This document shows positions 62,049-64,000 of a stretch of 64,000 nucleotides of DNA, in pieces. The position numbers and the translations under genes were made by a program. The stretch spans positions 3,360,001-3,424,000 of the forward strand of contig OY969763.1 of NCBI GenBank assembly GCA_963702845.1. The letters run 5' to 3'. The notes under the pieces were generated by a model, which was not told the DNA's origin, did not search any database, and was given only the letters and a program-made list of their open reading frames with translations. Within the stretch, counting starts at the first letter, position 1; each line of letters opens with the position of its first letter. Source of the DNA: an uncultured Verrucomicrobiae bacterium (GTDB lineage Bacteria > Verrucomicrobiota > Verrucomicrobiia > Limisphaerales > Palsa-1400).

Positions 62049-63773
62049 TTAGTACCGCATCTTTTCATCGTGCGGCGTTCCGTGACACGTCAACGTGCAC
62101 GACCGACTCCCAACTCCGCCGTCATTAAACGAAATGACACCTTTGTTCGGAGTCACGTAAAGCTTGTTGAAATTAATCAGTGCTCGCGATGTCGCGACGC
62201 CATGCGAATCGTGGCAGGTCGTGCAGGCGGTCTGTTTATCAACGATGTGCTTGCGATGAGACTTAAAGCTATCCGGCTGATCACTCAGAATGGCCGTGCG
62301 GCTATGGCACTTGTAGCACAGCGCATAACTCGCCGGGCTTTCCGGACCGTTGTCGGTCGTGACAAGTTGCCGCTCCAATAACGGCGCATATCTCGATCCA
62401 TGCGGTCCATCCGGCCCGCCCCCACCGGCGCGTGGTCCCGAGTCATTGTTGTGACAATCCGTGCAATAAATAATGCTCGTCGTCTTCAACGGCGAAATCA
62501 GGCTCGGCACATTGGGATTGCGTCCTGCCGCCGCCACCGGATGAAAACTCTCGTTGGATGGTTGGAAATTTAGCCGTTTGTTCGTCTCATTGTACTGCCG
62601 CGGCATAACCGATCCGCCTTTCTGCACACTGTCACCATGGCAGCGGATACAAAGCTCATATTCCATTTCGATGTGCTTCGTGATTCCACCCGCCGCCGTC
62701 ACACCGGGCACCCCGTTCAATCCGCCCGCTGCATACGGCGCAACAGCTTTCGTCGTCGTCGCCGCGTGCGAGTTATGACAATCCGCGCACACGACGTGCC
62801 GCATCTTTGGATTGACCAAATCCTCAGTCTTATCATGGGCCTTGCCGTTGAATCCGCTGTAGTGCGCGCTCGTCTTTCGGAGTTCCGTCGCGATGTTGTA
62901 TTTCGAAACATTCCCGTCGTGACAGCTCAAGCAGTTGTCCTCCGGCGCATCGAATTTCATCAGGTTTTTCTTCCCGCCCGCGCGATGATTTGAATGGCAA
63001 CTCGCGCAACCCATCGCCGAAACGGTGGTCGTTTTTGGCATCGTTTTCACCCGCGCGCTCACCGCGATCTTCGTCGTTGCCAGTTGCGGCGAAGGTGTCG
63101 GTGCCATCGCATGCACCGAATCCGGCCACGTCGATGGCGAGTGGCACGACAGACAAATCGCCGATGCCGTGTTGTCCATCGCGAGAAAATTACCAAACTG
63201 ATTGTCATGCGGATCATGACACGACGTACACTGCATCCGCCCGTTACCATCCAGCCGCACCTTGCCGCCTTTCAAAGTCGCGGGATCTTTCAACGTCGGA
63301 TCCTTCACCATCAAATCATGGTCGTAAACGAACGAAATCGGATGATCCCCGGACAAATCGGTCCCGAGATTCGCATGCCCGACTGGCATCGTCGTTACAC
63401 CATTCTGCATCGCAATTGGATTCACCCGGCTGCTCACACTGCCGAGTGCAACCGTGCCGTCGTGACAGCTCAAGCAAAGCCGCGACGCTCCGTTCGGTTG
63501 TGGAATTGTCAAACCGATCGCATCGAGCGTCGGACTGCTATAAACGATGTAATTCGTCATGCCAGACGAATTGTGGTTCCACAGCGGCGATGCTCCCTGC
63601 GCGCGATGCGACGTGTGACAGAAAATGCACACATCCAATTCAATCGTCGCCTTGTTCGTCCCCGGCCCACTCGCAGAAAGATTGTGTACCGAATGCACAA
63701 CCGATTCAGCGCGACTCGCCATCGCAACCACCAGCGCAATCCAGCAAGCAATAATTTGGCGTTTCGTAATCAT
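62049..63773 (-). CDS. 12-heme cytochrome c
   Basis: 11 CxxCH plus CTLTCH; SRLCLSCHDG, DLSGDHPISF, CTSCHDPH. Confidence 0.9.
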   Translation of the reverse strand: MITKRQIIACWIALVVAMASRAESVVHSVHNLSASGPGTNKATIELDVCIFCHTSHRAQGASPLWNHNSSGMTNYIVYSSPTLDAIGLTIPQPNGASRLCLSCHDGTVALGSVSSRVNPIAMQNGVTTMPVGHANLGTDLSGDHPISFVYDHDLMVKDPTLKDPATLKGGKVRLDGNGRMQCTSCHDPHDNQFGNFLAMDNTASAICLSCHSPSTWPDSVHAMAPTPSPQLATTKIAVSARVKTMPKTTTVSAMGCASCHSNHRAGGKKNLMKFDAPEDNCLSCHDGNVSKYNIATELRKTSAHYSGFNGKAHDKTEDLVNPKMRHVVCADCHNSHAATTTKAVAPYAAGGLNGVPGVTAAGGITKHIEMEYELCIRCHGDSVQKGGSVMPRQYNETNKRLNFQPSNESFHPVAAAGRNPNVPSLISPLKTTSIIYCTDCHNNDSGPRAGGGGPDGPHGSRYAPLLERQLVTTDNGPESPASYALCYKCHSRTAILSDQPDSFKSHRKHIVDKQTACTTCHDSHGVATSRALINFNKLYVTPNKGVISFNDGGVGSRSCTLTCHGTPHDEKMRY

Positions 63774-63776
63774 GGA

Positions 63777-64000
63777 CTATGGCGCTCCGATGTATTTGAA
63801 AACTTGAACGCAATGGTTGTAACCGTCGGCTACATAAATTTCGTTCTTGCGCGATATGGCAATCCCACCCGGCATACTGAACTCACCCGGCCCATCGCCA
63901 CGCTCACCGAGGCTCAATAACAACCGCCCTCCCGAATCAAACACCTGGAAATTCGCAAACACCGCGTCGGCCACGTAAATATGACCGAATGAATCCGACG
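63777..64000 (-). CDS. NHL-repeat beta-propeller protein (3' end only)
   Basis: HIYVADA...FQVFD...GEFSMPGGI...IYVADGYNHCVQVF. Confidence 0.85.
   Translation of the reverse strand, partial: SDSFGHIYVADAVFANFQVFDSGGRLLLSLGERGDGPGEFSMPGGIAISRKNEIYVADGYNHCVQVFKYIGAP

Overview
Bacterial chromosomal window, most likely Verrucomicrobiota of the Pedosphaera/Limisphaera type (inferred from a TIGR02597-like domain, DUF1501, pseudopilin paralogs and an ECF sigma with a transmembrane extension). Many single-base frameshifts, including in housekeeping genes, point to an uncorrected long-read assembly. Left to right: a DnaA-box cluster; secreted Ig and GH2 proteins; an ExeA-type ATPase, a Wzc/Wza-like export module and a sigma54-driven type IV pilin; tRNA-Leu(CAA); ndh, a sulfatase and housekeeping genes (rlmD, thiE, upp); an ECF sigma / triple pseudopilin / beta-lactamase-PDZ cassette; a SEL1 protein, glnB-glnA, a second DnaA-box cluster and dnaA (no dnaN follows). 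The last ~15 kb is a multiheme cytochrome island running off the right edge, with about 55 heme-binding motifs: two CbcL-like proteins, one ImcH-like protein, a tetraheme/ferredoxin/NrfD module, mono-, 10- and 12-heme cytochromes and an NHL protein. Top candidates for novelty: (1) an NrfD/DsrP-family quinone-reactive subunit with a complete cyclic-nucleotide-binding domain inserted in a predicted cytoplasmic loop; (2) a Geobacter-like electron-transfer island in a probable verrucomicrobium; (3) an ECF sigma factor whose extracytoplasmic tail resembles the pseudopilins encoded right behind it.
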